A stretch of DNA of 47,567 bases from Gammaproteobacteria bacterium (GCA_029253965.1 JAQWYM010000059.1:1-47567), one strand, 5' to 3'; numbered from the stretch's first letter, positions 30,522 to 40,506 are shown. Notes: generated from the sequence alone by a model not told the origin. A program made the numbers and translations.

Positions 30522-31805
30522 ATGAAAAAATTAAATCGTAGAGATTTTATTAAATACGGTAGCGGCACAGTAGCTGCTGGAGCGATCACTCTAGGCGCAC
30601 CCAATATTGCGCTGGGTTCAACGAAGAAAGTTGTTGTTATCGGCGGTGGTGCCGGTGGTGCGATTGCGGCTAAATACATCAAGAAGGCAGACAGCTCTAT
30701 TGATGTCACACTGATCGAAACCAACAAAGAATATTACACCTGCTTCATGAGTAACGAAGTACTGGGTGGAGATCGAGATATCAGCACCATTCGTCATGGC
30801 TATGAAGGCCTTAAGAAGCATGGCATTCATGTCGTGCATGCCAAGGCGACTGGCGTTGATCATGATACTAAAAAAGTGGTTACTGATGCCGGTGATAATT
30901 TTGCTTACGATCGACTGGTGCTGTCACCGGGTGTTTCGCTTAAGTATGGCGTCATCGAAGGTTATGACGAAGCCGCTGCTGAAATCATGCCGCATGCTTG
31001 GAAAGCCGGTCCACAGACCAGCTTGTTACGCAAGCAATTGGTTGAGATGAAGGATGGAGGCACTGTCATTATCGCGCCTCCAGGCAATCCATTCCGCTGT
31101 CCTCCAGGACCTTATGAGCGTACCTGTCAGATTGCTCATTACCTAAAACATAACAAGCCTAAATCAAAGATCTTAGTGATCGATGCCAAGGATAAGTTTT
31201 CTAAGCAAGGCCTATTCACACAGGGCTGGAAAGCACGTTATGACGGCATGATTGATTGGGTCCCTGCTGCCGATACCGGTGGTGGCGTAACCTCCGTCAA
31301 TGCCGCAGAGATGACGGTTTCTACAGACTTTGATGATATCCAAGGTGACGTTATCAATATCATTCCACCACAACACGCGGGCCATATTGCCCATGTTGCT
31401 GGTGTGACTGATGATTCGGGCTGGTGTCCGGTTGATCTGGGTACTTTTGAATCTAAGATTCATGCCGGTGTTTATGTTATTGGTGATGCCTGTGCAGCAA
31501 AAGGTATGCCAAAGTCAGGCTATGCAGCAAACTCACAGGGTAAAGTCTGTGCCACTGCTGTCATTGCCTCTTTGAATGACATTGAAATGACTGATCCGTC
31601 ATATGTTAATACCTGTTACAGCTTGATTGCACCTGATTATGGTATTTCAGTGGCTGCGGTTTACCGCTTAGCTGAAGATCGTTCGAAGATCGCAAAAGTT
31701 GCTGGCGGACTGACCCCTAGTGATGCCAGTAAAGAAGCCTTACAGCGTGAAGTGCAATACGCCTACAGTTGGTATGACAATATCGTTGCTGATATGTTTA
31801 CCTAA
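30522..31805 (+). CDS. fccB: flavocytochrome c sulfide dehydrogenase flavoprotein subunit
   Basis: Tat signal NRRDFIK, GGGAGG, FAD-linking Cys in [34 protein letters not shown]. Confidence 0.93.
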   Translation: MKKLNRRDFIKYGSGTVAAGAITLGAPNIALGSTKKVVVIGGGAGGAIAAKYIKKADSSIDVTLIETNKEYYTCFMSNEVLGGDRDISTIRHGYEGLKKHGIHVVHAKATGVDHDTKKVVTDAGDNFAYDRLVLSPGVSLKYGVIEGYDEAAAEIMPHAWKAGPQTSLLRKQLVEMKDGGTVIIAPPGNPFRCPPGPYERTCQIAHYLKHNKPKSKILVIDAKDKFSKQGLFTQGWKARYDGMIDWVPAADTGGGVTSVNAAEMTVSTDFDDIQGDVINIIPPQHAGHIAHVAGVTDDSGWCPVDLGTFESKIHAGVYVIGDACAAKGMPKSGYAANSQGKVCATAVIASLNDIEMTDPSYVNTCYSLIAPDYGISVAAVYRLAEDRSKIAKVAGGLTPSDASKEALQREVQYAYSWYDNIVADMFT

Positions 31806-31826
31806 GGCTGTATCGTTCTAGGTTTT

Positions 31827-31855
31827 AAAAGCGGGGCTTAGGCCCCGTTTTTTTT
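31827..31855 (+). terminator. intrinsic terminator after fccB
   Basis: GCGGGGC-TTAG-GCCCCGT hairpin followed by a T run and preceded by AAAA. Confidence 0.9.
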
Positions 31856-32046
31856 GCGCTGGTTTTAATGCCAATAAATCTTTAGAAAGACCAATAAATA
31901 AGCGCTAAATATTACAGTTCAAGGCATCCCATGGGCTTATTATTCAATATACTAAGCACTCATTATCTAAGGCACTTGAATAGGCTAACTCTGACTAAAT
32001 ATCAGTATGTCTGTATTTAAGAACAACCGTTACCCCAGATTAAAGC

Positions 32047-35000
32047 ATGCATTATTTAGACACTAAGTTACCTAGCATAAAGAAAGATAAGACCTCATGG
32101 GGGCAGCTCTATGGTTGCTCAAAAAGCCTTGCCATTAGTAATGCTATTAAGCAGCACAAGGGCTTGGTTGTGGTCGTTACTGAAGATTCCTCCAGCAGTC
32201 ATCAGCTGCATACGGAATTACGTTTCATTCATTCAAGTATGGAAAACTTCCTCAGCTTTCCTGAATGGGAAACCCTACCCTATGATGTTTTCTCACCGCA
32301 TGAAGATATTGTTTCTGAGCGTGTAGCGACACTACAGAAACTCCCTAAGATTAAACAGGGTGTTATTGTCTTACCTATTTCAACCTGCATGCAGCGTGTG
32401 CCACCGAAGGAATTTGTTGCCAGTTTTTCAGTCAGTTTGGAAGTCGGTCAGCATATTAAACCAGAAATACTCAAGCGCACTTTAGTCAGTGCTGGCTATA
32501 ACCCAGTCTCACAGGTAATGACACGCGGAGAATTCACCAGTCGCGCCTCGATTATTGACTTCTTTCCCATGGGATCATCCCTACCCTATCGCGTTGAATT
32601 TTTCGATGATGAGATTGATACCATTCGTACTTTTGATATCGAGAAACAGGTTTCATTAGAGAAAGTACAGCGTATTGAAATATTACCTGCACGTGAAATA
32701 CCCACTAATAAAGAAGCCATTAAGGCTTTCCGTCAACGCTATCGTGCCAAGCTAGCGGGTGATCCAAACAAAAGTTTAATCTATCAAGAAGTCAGCAATG
32801 GGCACTTCCCTGCCGGCATTGAGTATTATCAACCTCTGTTTTTTGATCAGACGGTTCGCCTCTTTGACTATTTCCCTGAAAACACCTTATTTGTCATGGT
32901 CGATGAGATCGCACAGGTAGCAGAAGAATTTGAACAGGAGTTATTCAGCCGCTATGAACAACGCCGGCATGACATTGAACGTCCGGTGTTACCTCCTGCA
33001 GATCTCTATCTCAGTGCTGTCGATACCCTTGCTGAATTTCAGCAGAATTTCAGCATTCAAGTACATGGGCATAAAATTGATGAATACCATAAACCTAATA
33101 CTAATTTCCCAATATCAACACTACCGGCTATTCAAATTGATACGCGGCAAGCAAATCCTGCGGGCTTATTAAAAGATTTCCTTGAGCACCGCGTCGATAA
33201 GGCGGTTTTTATTGCTGAATCTTTAGGTCGGCGTGAATTCCTCAACGAGACTCTGCGCAGCTTTGGCATTAAACCTACTGTCGATAGTGATTGGTTTAGC
33301 TTCAGTGAAAGTCCTGAATCCACGCATCTACTGGTTGCACCTTTTGAGGAATCAATCTATCTGCAGAATGAGCGTGTTGCGATTATTTGTGAAAGTGCTT
33401 TATTTGGCAATAAGACGCGACAACGCACACGTAAGCGCCGAACACGTGATGCTGATGCCGTCGTTCAAAACCTCAGTGAACTGACGCCAGGTGCACCTAT
33501 AGTGCATGAAGAACATGGTGTTGGTCGCTATATTGGGCTGCAATCACTCGATATAGACGGCGATGGCACAGAATTCCTGATGATCGAATACTATGGCGGT
33601 GACAAGCTCTACGTTCCTGTCTCTAACCTGCATCTAGTCAGTCGCTACACTGGCAGTGGTTCTGAGAATGCACCCTGGCACAAATTAGGTAACGAACAAT
33701 GGTCACGGGCACGACAAAAGGCTGCTGAAAGAGCACGTGATGTCGCTGCTGAACTTCTCGATGTCTATGCCCGCCGTGAGGCAAAAAAGGGAATCTTCTT
33801 CGACACCAATTTATTGGAATACAACACTTTTGCGAGCAGCTTTGTCTATGAGGAAACCCCTGATCAGCAATCTGCGATTGATGATGTATTAGCCGATATG
33901 GGATCAACCAAACCCATGGATCGGGTTGTCTGTGGTGATGTTGGTTTTGGTAAGACAGAAGTGGCTATGCGCGCCGTCTTTATTGCTGCCAGTAATGGCA
34001 AACAGGCGGCTGTGCTAGCACCCACAACGCTACTGACACAGCAACATTACCAAAGTTTTTGTGATCGTTTTGCCGAGTGGCCATTTCGCATTGAATCCTT
34101 GTCTCGATTTAATTCAGCGAAGAAGCAAAAAGAAATACTGGCTGACCTCAAGGCTGGCAAAGTTGATATCGTCATTGGTACGCATAAATTATTCTCCGCT
34201 GATATTGAGTGGAGAGATCTAGGTTTAATCGTCGTTGATGAAGAGCAACGATTTGGCGTTAGACATAAAGAAAAACTCAAGGCTTTGCGTGCAGAAGTCG
34301 ATATGCTGACACTGACTGCAACTCCTATTCCACGAACCTTGAACATGTCTCTCAGTGGGTTACGTGACCTCTCTATCATCGCTACGCCACCCAGCCATCG
34401 CCATGCGATCAAGACCTTTGTATCAGAGTGGAATGATGCTGCGATCACTGAGGCCTGTGTGCGTGAGCTGAAACGCGGTGGACAAATCTACTTCTTGCAC
34501 AACGAAGTAAAGACCATCGATAAGATCGCAAAACAATTAGAAATCTTGGTACCTCATGCCAAGGTACGTGCTGCCCATGGCCAACTGGCGGAACGTGAAC
34601 TAGAAGAAGTCATGCATGATTTTTATCATGCGCGCTTCAATATTCTTGTTTGCACGACCATTGTTGAGAGTGGCATTGATGTCTCAACGGCAAATACTAT
34701 TATTATCAATCGTGCCGATAAGCTCGGTCTTAGCCAGTTACACCAGCTACGCGGTCGTGTTGGCCGCTCACACCATAGAGCCTATGCCTACCTCTTAGCA
34801 CCACCGCGTAAGTTGATGACAGCAGATGCTGTTAAACGTCTCGATGCCATTGAGTCATTAGAGGAACTAGGCGTTGGTTTCACCTTAGCAACGCATGACC
34901 TAGAAATACGTGGCGCCGGCGAACTATTGGGTGAAGAACAGAGTGGTCAAATACAAGAAGTTGGCTATACCATGTATAACGAATTGCTCGCCAGAGCGGT

Positions 35001-35499
35001 GAAAGCACTGCGTGCTGGCCAATTACCCGAAACTGATAGGCCACTAGACCATGGCTCAGAAGTTGAGTTAGGTGAAGCAGCGCTGTTACCTAACACCTAT
35101 GTGCCGGATGTGCATATGCGTTTAGTGCTATATAAGCGTATTGCCAGTGCGACTTCAGTAGAGCAGTTGAAAGATCTACAAATAGAGCTTATTGATCGCT
35201 TTGGCCTGCTGCCAGATGCCGCCAAAAACCTATTTTCAAGCACCGAGTTGAAACTGTACTGTGCCGGCTTAGGGATTACCAAGATTGCAGCGCATGAGGC
35301 AGGTGGCCGCGTCATCTTTGATAAAGAACCTAAAATTGATGTCACAGCCCTACTCAGCTTATTGCAAAATGAACCAAGCGTATTCAAACTAGTCGGAAAT
35401 GAGAAGTTATACTTCACTCTAGAACTAGATACGGTTGATCAACGCATTGATTATATTTTCAAATTGATTAATAACATCGCCATCCGCGAGGCTGCGTGA
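32047..35499 (+). CDS. mfd: transcription-repair coupling factor
   Basis: WETLPYDVFSPH, VHEEHGVGRY, VCGDVGFGKTEVAMRA, DEEQRFGV, TATPIPRT, QLRGRVGRS, TRCF C-terminal domain. Confidence 0.98.
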   Translation: MHYLDTKLPSIKKDKTSWGQLYGCSKSLAISNAIKQHKGLVVVVTEDSSSSHQLHTELRFIHSSMENFLSFPEWETLPYDVFSPHEDIVSERVATLQKLPKIKQGVIVLPISTCMQRVPPKEFVASFSVSLEVGQHIKPEILKRTLVSAGYNPVSQVMTRGEFTSRASIIDFFPMGSSLPYRVEFFDDEIDTIRTFDIEKQVSLEKVQRIEILPAREIPTNKEAIKAFRQRYRAKLAGDPNKSLIYQEVSNGHFPAGIEYYQPLFFDQTVRLFDYFPENTLFVMVDEIAQVAEEFEQELFSRYEQRRHDIERPVLPPADLYLSAVDTLAEFQQNFSIQVHGHKIDEYHKPNTNFPISTLPAIQIDTRQANPAGLLKDFLEHRVDKAVFIAESLGRREFLNETLRSFGIKPTVDSDWFSFSESPESTHLLVAPFEESIYLQNERVAIICESALFGNKTRQRTRKRRTRDADAVVQNLSELTPGAPIVHEEHGVGRYIGLQSLDIDGDGTEFLMIEYYGGDKLYVPVSNLHLVSRYTGSGSENAPWHKLGNEQWSRARQKAAERARDVAAELLDVYARREAKKGIFFDTNLLEYNTFASSFVYEETPDQQSAIDDVLADMGSTKPMDRVVCGDVGFGKTEVAMRAVFIAASNGKQAAVLAPTTLLTQQHYQSFCDRFAEWPFRIESLSRFNSAKKQKEILADLKAGKVDIVIGTHKLFSADIEWRDLGLIVVDEEQRFGVRHKEKLKALRAEVDMLTLTATPIPRTLNMSLSGLRDLSIIATPPSHRHAIKTFVSEWNDAAITEACVRELKRGGQIYFLHNEVKTIDKIAKQLEILVPHAKVRAAHGQLAERELEEVMHDFYHARFNILVCTTIVESGIDVSTANTIIINRADKLGLSQLHQLRGRVGRSHHRAYAYLLAPPRKLMTADAVKRLDAIESLEELGVGFTLATHDLEIRGAGELLGEEQSGQIQEVGYTMYNELLARAVKALRAGQLPETDRPLDHGSEVELGEAALLPNTYVPDVHMRLVLYKRIASATSVEQLKDLQIELIDRFGLLPDAAKNLFSSTELKLYCAGLGITKIAAHEAGGRVIFDKEPKIDVTALLSLLQNEPSVFKLVGNEKLYFTLELDTVDQRIDYIFKLINNIAIREAA

Positions 35500-36689
35500 A
35501 TAGAGCATTCTTTTTCATAGCTATGACACTACTTGCTTTCAGTGAGTACGCTTATGCGCAAAAAGACTATATATTTGAGATTATCTTTTTCACACCCAGT
35601 GAAGTTCAACAGCCTTACGAAGAGTTACCCAGTATAGAGCCTATCCCTGCTCTGGCAGAGGGTATTGATTTGGAGGCCTTGCGCGCCCTCTTACTTAAGA
35701 GATCAGAGCAGCAGGTTTTTAAAGATATTAGTGAACTCGAAGATGATTCCAACCCTCCTGAATTTATGCCAGCCGATAACCTTGATGTTACGCACACCGA
35801 GCCTCTGCCAATAGGCTCAGATAATGACGTCAGCGAGCAACAGCTAGCGACTAATAATAGCGATACCAGCGGTCTCATTAGGGAGCCAAAGCAAAGCTTG
35901 ACGATTACCGCCATGAAAGCACCTGTGCAGGCCTTGCGAGCAGAAGTTTCTAGTGCTGTGGTTGCCTCATTACCCAATGATTTAGATGATACTTTTGATG
36001 TTGCCCTGCCAAAACTAGAGGCTGCTGAAGCCTTTACTCAATGGTTGCCACTTGGTCATAATGATTATCAGTTAAAGGATCTACTCGCAGAGTTGGAGAA
36101 AAACAAGGCCTATCGTGTCTTACATCATATGGCTTGGCGACAGCCCGCCAGTAATGCCAGTAACAGTAAATCAATCGCTGTGCAGGCAGGGTTCGATTAC
36201 CAACATAATGTCGGCTGCTCTGACGAGGTTAGACCTGAATTAATATCTGAAGCCAGCTCAGAAACACAGAAGAGTAACCACTCTAAGGTCTTAAGTATTG
36301 CTCTCGAGGCGGTCCAAGTTATCGATTTTGAGGATGAGGAACACAGCGGTTTACTAAGAAAAAGCTTTGCCCAATTAGCTGCGCTAGCCACGCTAAATAC
36401 CAACCCTGATGTGATACATGAATTAGAAGGTAGCTTAAGGGTTGAGGTCGGACGTTACCTGCATCTATATACGGATCTTGTCTTCAGGGTTGAACAGGTG
36501 GAAGATAATAATGCGCAAAAAGCATTATATTGCATGCCGGCTAGAGACGATTTTCGCATTCAAAACCACCATCGCATGCGCAGTAGACAAGTCTATTATA
36601 TCGATCATCCTATGCTTGGAATGTTAGTCCAAGCAACACCGCTTAATGCGCCTAAGCCTGAACAGACAACATTAGAGTTAGCGAATTAA
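35496..36689 (+). CDS. peptidoglycan-binding CsiV-family protein (expanded)
   Basis: Signal peptide, YIFEIIFF, YRVLHHMAWRQ, ELEGSLRV..RYLHL, RMRSRQVYYIDHPMLGML; usual position after mfd. Confidence 0.8.
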   Translation: MNRAFFFIAMTLLAFSEYAYAQKDYIFEIIFFTPSEVQQPYEELPSIEPIPALAEGIDLEALRALLLKRSEQQVFKDISELEDDSNPPEFMPADNLDVTHTEPLPIGSDNDVSEQQLATNNSDTSGLIREPKQSLTITAMKAPVQALRAEVSSAVVASLPNDLDDTFDVALPKLEAAEAFTQWLPLGHNDYQLKDLLAELEKNKAYRVLHHMAWRQPASNASNSKSIAVQAGFDYQHNVGCSDEVRPELISEASSETQKSNHSKVLSIALEAVQVIDFEDEEHSGLLRKSFAQLAALATLNTNPDVIHELEGSLRVEVGRYLHLYTDLVFRVEQVEDNNAQKALYCMPARDDFRIQNHHRMRSRQVYYIDHPMLGMLVQATPLNAPKPEQTTLELAN

Positions 36690-36711
36690 AAGCCGCTACT
36701 GATAGAGCTAT

Positions 36712-37455
36712 TCAACTGGCTTGCAGTAAGCTTGCTATCAATGTTTGCACCTTCTTAGTTGCAGTCTTTGTCGCCTGCATAATCAGCTCCAAGGTAATCT
36801 CTTCTTGGCTGCGCCCCGCAGCCCAATTGACGGACATAGCACAATGCGCATAAGCCATGTCGAGCTCACGGGCTAAGGCCGCTTCTGGCATACCTGTCAT
36901 ACCGACAATATCGCATCCATCACGCTCTAAACGATCAATCTCAGCAGCCGTTTCTAGTCGTGGACCCTGTGTTGCTGCATAACAGCCACCGTCATAGCAA
37001 TCTAGATCAACACGGGCAGCAGCAGCGAGTAATCGTTGCCGCAGCGTTTCATCATAGGGCTGTGAAAAATCAATGTGCTTTACCTTCTGTAAGTCTTGCT
37101 CAAAAAAGGTATGTGGACGCGCGTAGGTATAGTCAATTATCTGTTTGGGAATAACGATGCGAGTGGGATAAAGTTCAGCGTTAATTGAGCCTACAGCAGC
37201 AACAGCAACAATACATTCAATCCCTTTTTCGCGTAGCGCCCAAAGATTGGCACAGTAGTTGATCATATGCGGTGGAATAGTATGTGCTGAGCCATGACGA
37301 GGAATAAAAATAACTTCACAGTCCGCATATTCACCATAGCTTATAGGGCCGGAAGGTGTGCCATAAGGGGTGCGTACCACTTCTTTCTTAAGCATTTTAA
37401 GCCCAGGAAATGATTTTAAACCGGTGCCACCAATAATTGCGATCTTTGCGCTCAT
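36712..37455 (-). CDS. mtnP: S-methyl-5'-thioinosine/thioadenosine phosphorylase
   Basis: IAIIGGTG, TPYG, PRHG..HTIPPHMINY, TQGPRLETAAE, VGMTGMPEA, VNWAAG. Confidence 0.88.
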   Translation of the reverse strand: MSAKIAIIGGTGLKSFPGLKMLKKEVVRTPYGTPSGPISYGEYADCEVIFIPRHGSAHTIPPHMINYCANLWALREKGIECIVAVAAVGSINAELYPTRIVIPKQIIDYTYARPHTFFEQDLQKVKHIDFSQPYDETLRQRLLAAAARVDLDCYDGGCYAATQGPRLETAAEIDRLERDGCDIVGMTGMPEAALARELDMAYAHCAMSVNWAAGRSQEEITLELIMQATKTATKKVQTLIASLLQAS

Positions 37456-38018
37456 ACTTCTTTCAATGCGTATATATCAGATAAGTCTCTAAAGTAACCT
37501 TGATAATCCATGCCGTAACCATAAACAAATCTATCGGCAACTTCTAAGCCGATAACATCAGGCATCAAATCAAGCTTACGCTGTTGTTTGTTTTTATATA
37601 GTAGCACCGCAGTATAAATCTGTTTAGCTCCCTGCGCCTGACAATAGGCAATCAGTTCCTGAAGTGTCTCACCCTCATCAAAAATGTCATCCACTAAGAG
37701 CACGGTTTCTCCAGCTAAGTCATACTGTGGTTGCTTATGCCAGTACAGCTGTCCACCAACAGTCTTATCCTGATAACGCGCAACTTGCAGATAATCAATA
37801 CGACTATAGGTCTTTAATGCGAGGCTTATTTCAGCTGTCAAAATCATGCCACCATTCATTACTGCCATAATAATGGGGTCAGTCCCAGTCAATAACTGAT
37901 CTGCGGCCCTAGCCATTTGGCCCACGGCAGTTGTTATCTCTGCACGTGAAAAGACAAGATCAGAATCATCCCGTATTTGTTGTAGCTGTGACTGATTCAG
38001 CGGCACTTTTGAACTCAT
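37452..38018 (-). CDS. hpt: hypoxanthine-guanine phosphoribosyltransferase
   Basis: VMNGG, PRPP loop VLLVDDIFDEGETL, FVYGYGMDY. Confidence 0.9.
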   Translation of the reverse strand: MSSKVPLNQSQLQQIRDDSDLVFSRAEITTAVGQMARAADQLLTGTDPIIMAVMNGGMILTAEISLALKTYSRIDYLQVARYQDKTVGGQLYWHKQPQYDLAGETVLLVDDIFDEGETLQELIAYCQAQGAKQIYTAVLLYKNKQQRKLDLMPDVIGLEVADRFVYGYGMDYQGYFRDLSDIYALKEV

Positions 38019-38033
38019 CTCCTGCCCCAGTAT

Positions 38034-39161
38034 TTATGTTTTCTCTGCTGTTTTCGCTACTAATGCTTGAATCGTAACATTATCTTCAACATAGAGTGAG
38101 CGTGACGGAAAGGCCATCTCAGCGTCATGCTGATCAATAATATTCGCAATCTGTAGTAAGACATCTTGCTTAATCTCCTGAAAACGCACCCACTGGGTCG
38201 TCTTCGTAAAGGTATAGACCATAAAATCTACAGAAGACGAACTAAACTCTGTGAAGTTCACAATCAAGGTTTGTGTTTGATCAATTTCCTTATGGCTTCG
38301 TAGCATTTTTGTTACTGCCGCAACAATGGCTTCCATCTGATTAATATCAGCATAACGTAATCCAATATTCTCATAGATGCGACGATGTGACATGCGCGAT
38401 GCGTTTTCTACTGCGATTGAAGCGAAAACTGAATTTGGCACATAGATAGGCCGCTTATCAAAGCTGCGAATAACCGTTAATCGCCAGCCGATGTTCTCAA
38501 TGATGCCTTCAATCTCACGATCTGGGGAACGTATCCAATCACCCTCACTAAAGGGGCGATCAAGATAAATGGTCAAGGCACCAAAAAAGTTCGCCAGTAG
38601 ATCTTTTGCTGCAAAACCAATCGCTATACCACCAATACCACCAAAAGCCATAACACCAGAAACACTAAAGCCAAGCGTTTGCATGACAATCAATACTGTC
38701 GTGATGATTACTGCGGTACGCAGTAATTTAGCAACCGCTCGAATGGTTGTTGCATCAGCCCCCGTGTTATTTTCTTTGGCTAATTGAATGCTGGCATCTT
38801 GAACGCCTGAAATAAAGACAATGAGGCCCCAAGACAAGGTAATGATAATTAAGACATAACGTATAATACTAACAAGATTATTTATATCAGCAGCACTATC
38901 TTGATTAGCAATCTCAATCGCAAATGAGATGCCAGTAATTAAAATAAGATAATTAACGCGGGTCCTTAGTGCACTCACTAAGGCATCATCCCAAGGGTTT
39001 TGGGTGTTTGCTGCACGCACTGCTAACTTTGCAATCACCTGTCGTGCTGCCAATGAGACCGTCAGAACTAATAGAACAATAATGAAGATTTCATAAGCCC
39101 ATAAGCTGATGCCTTCAAAATTGAAAAATTTAATGAGTGGGTCTACTAAGAGTTCTTTCAT
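38034..39161 (-). CDS. MscS-family mechanosensitive channel
   Basis: AFGGIGGIAIGFAAKDLLANFFG, DRPFSEGDWI, IGWRLT, VPNS, FPSRSL. Confidence 0.93.
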   Translation of the reverse strand: MKELLVDPLIKFFNFEGISLWAYEIFIIVLLVLTVSLAARQVIAKLAVRAANTQNPWDDALVSALRTRVNYLILITGISFAIEIANQDSAADINNLVSIIRYVLIIITLSWGLIVFISGVQDASIQLAKENNTGADATTIRAVAKLLRTAVIITTVLIVMQTLGFSVSGVMAFGGIGGIAIGFAAKDLLANFFGALTIYLDRPFSEGDWIRSPDREIEGIIENIGWRLTVIRSFDKRPIYVPNSVFASIAVENASRMSHRRIYENIGLRYADINQMEAIVAAVTKMLRSHKEIDQTQTLIVNFTEFSSSSVDFMVYTFTKTTQWVRFQEIKQDVLLQIANIIDQHDAEMAFPSRSLYVEDNVTIQALVAKTAEKT

Positions 39162-39164
39162 GCC

Positions 39165-40205
39165 TTAAGGCTCCAGATTAAGGGATAGACTCTCGTTTTT
39201 CCCTAGGTCATTTATCCACGTGTTTAAAAGCTGTTGCGCTTCTTCAGTCAATGCTTTGGCCTTTCGTCCATGGTAGCGTGCCAATCGCAACTGCGAAGCC
39301 GGCACATTATAATCAATCAAATAGTCTAGTGCAGCAGGAACATCTTGTGGCCGATTACAGATTAATAACATATCACTGCCCGCCTCTAGAGCTTGCTCTA
39401 GGCGTTGCTCTATCGAACCCTGTGAGAGTGCACCTTGCATACTTAGATCATCACTAAAGATAACGCCTTGGAAAGATAGCTGCTGTCTTAGAACTTTTTG
39501 CAGCCAAATGGGAGACAGGCTTGCCGGCTTACTATCCACCGCCTCATAAATCACATGACTACTCATCACACCGGCTAACTGGTTAGCAATAAGCCGTTGA
39601 AATGGAATAATATCAGCATTCCAAATTTCAGCTTCCGAACGTGTATCAATCGACACTTCGGTATGTGTGTCTGCCTTGACACCACCGTGCCCAGGGAAGT
39701 GTTTTGCTACACTTTCCATACCGCCATCACGTAAACCTGATTGAAAGCTTATAGCCAAACGTGAGAGTGCATCAATATCACTGTGAAAGGCCCGATCACC
39801 AATGACCGTGCTCAGCCCATAATCAATATCCAGCACTGGTGCAAAGCTCAGATCAATACCAATATCACGCAGCTCAAAGGCGAGTTGCTGAGCAAAATAA
39901 TGACTTAACTGAACAGCCTTTGCCGCATCTTGGTCAAAGCTATGCCCCAGATTACGGACAGCAGGAAATGCAGTAAAACCATCGCGTAATCGTTGCACAC
40001 GCCCCCCCTCTTGATCGATAGCTACCAGTAAGCGTGGTGATTTAATGGCATGTATTTCAGCAATTAAATCCTTGAACTGGCTCTTATCAATGAGGTTACG
40101 TGTAAATAAAATAACACCACCGACAGCTGAGTGTTGTAACCAATCACGCTCCTTTGGAGTAATTTCAGTTCCTGCCAAGTCAATCATTAGTGGACCGATC
40201 GTCAT
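39165..40205 (-). CDS. nagZ: beta-N-acetylhexosaminidase
   Basis: GGVILFTRN, IDQEGGRVQR, KHFPGHGGVKADTH, FSDDLSM; start ATG 40205 or GTG 40214. Confidence 0.96.
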   Translation of the reverse strand: MTIGPLMIDLAGTEITPKERDWLQHSAVGGVILFTRNLIDKSQFKDLIAEIHAIKSPRLLVAIDQEGGRVQRLRDGFTAFPAVRNLGHSFDQDAAKAVQLSHYFAQQLAFELRDIGIDLSFAPVLDIDYGLSTVIGDRAFHSDIDALSRLAISFQSGLRDGGMESVAKHFPGHGGVKADTHTEVSIDTRSEAEIWNADIIPFQRLIANQLAGVMSSHVIYEAVDSKPASLSPIWLQKVLRQQLSFQGVIFSDDLSMQGALSQGSIEQRLEQALEAGSDMLLICNRPQDVPAALDYLIDYNVPASQLRLARYHGRKAKALTEEAQQLLNTWINDLGKNESLSLNLEP

Positions 40206-40354
40206 AATACTCACTCTATGCTGTTGTCATGAATTTGAGTAGGCTGCCGCAGTCAAACTATTGACTGCTTTCATATAAGTCTAATAATGCTACAACAGAA
40301 GACAGTTTTATATTAGTTTATTGCGAATACTAACTGCTAAACGGCGCTGAATTT

Positions 40355-40378
40355 AAAAAAGGGCACTGATTAGTGCCC
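40355..40378 (-). terminator. intrinsic terminator of the candidate sRNA
   Basis: Minus strand GGGCACT-AATC-AGTGCCC-TTTTTT; no minus-strand protein-coding gene ends nearby. Confidence 0.85.
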
Positions 40379-40452
40379 AATGTAAGTGGAGTCTATGGAG
40401 AATAACAACACCTATGAACTAAATTGATGACACTATGTGTCATCATCATAGG
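40355..40452 (-). ncRNA. candidate sigma-54-dependent small regulatory RNA (~98 nt)
   Basis: Bounded by a -24/-12 promoter and an intrinsic terminator; 5' hairpin; unpaired UGUUGUUAUUCUCCAUAGACUCCAC anti-SD region; no RBS-led ORF inside. Confidence 0.7.
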
Positions 40453-40459
40453 AAATAAA

Positions 40460-40475
40460 TGCAGCATTTATGCCA
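40460..40475 (-). promoter_or_regulatory. sigma-54 (-24/-12) promoter
   Basis: Minus strand TGGCATAAATGCTGCA has exact GG-N10-GC spacing, close to consensus TGGCAC-N5-TTGCW. Confidence 0.75.
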
Positions 40476-40493
40476 TAAATTTTTATGCCTATA

Positions 40494-40506
40494 AAACAAT
40501 GACTTA
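40494..40506. promoter_or_regulatory. IHF-like binding site
   Basis: AAACAATGACTTA vs WATCAA-N4-TTR (one mismatch), in AT-rich DNA between enhancer and sigma-54 promoter. Confidence 0.55.

Noticed and set aside
40397-40422. Plus-strand GGAGAATAACAACACCT-ATG-AAC-TAA, a strong-looking RBS with a two-codon minigene
   Set aside because: Encodes only Met-Asn; the promoter and U-tailed terminator both face the minus strand, so it is better read as the complement of an anti-SD seed
40393-40449. Leaderless 18-aa ORF MMMTHSVINLVHRCCYSP inside the candidate sRNA
   Set aside because: No RBS and the start lies within the hairpin; not supported, although ribosome profiling would be needed to exclude a dual-function RNA
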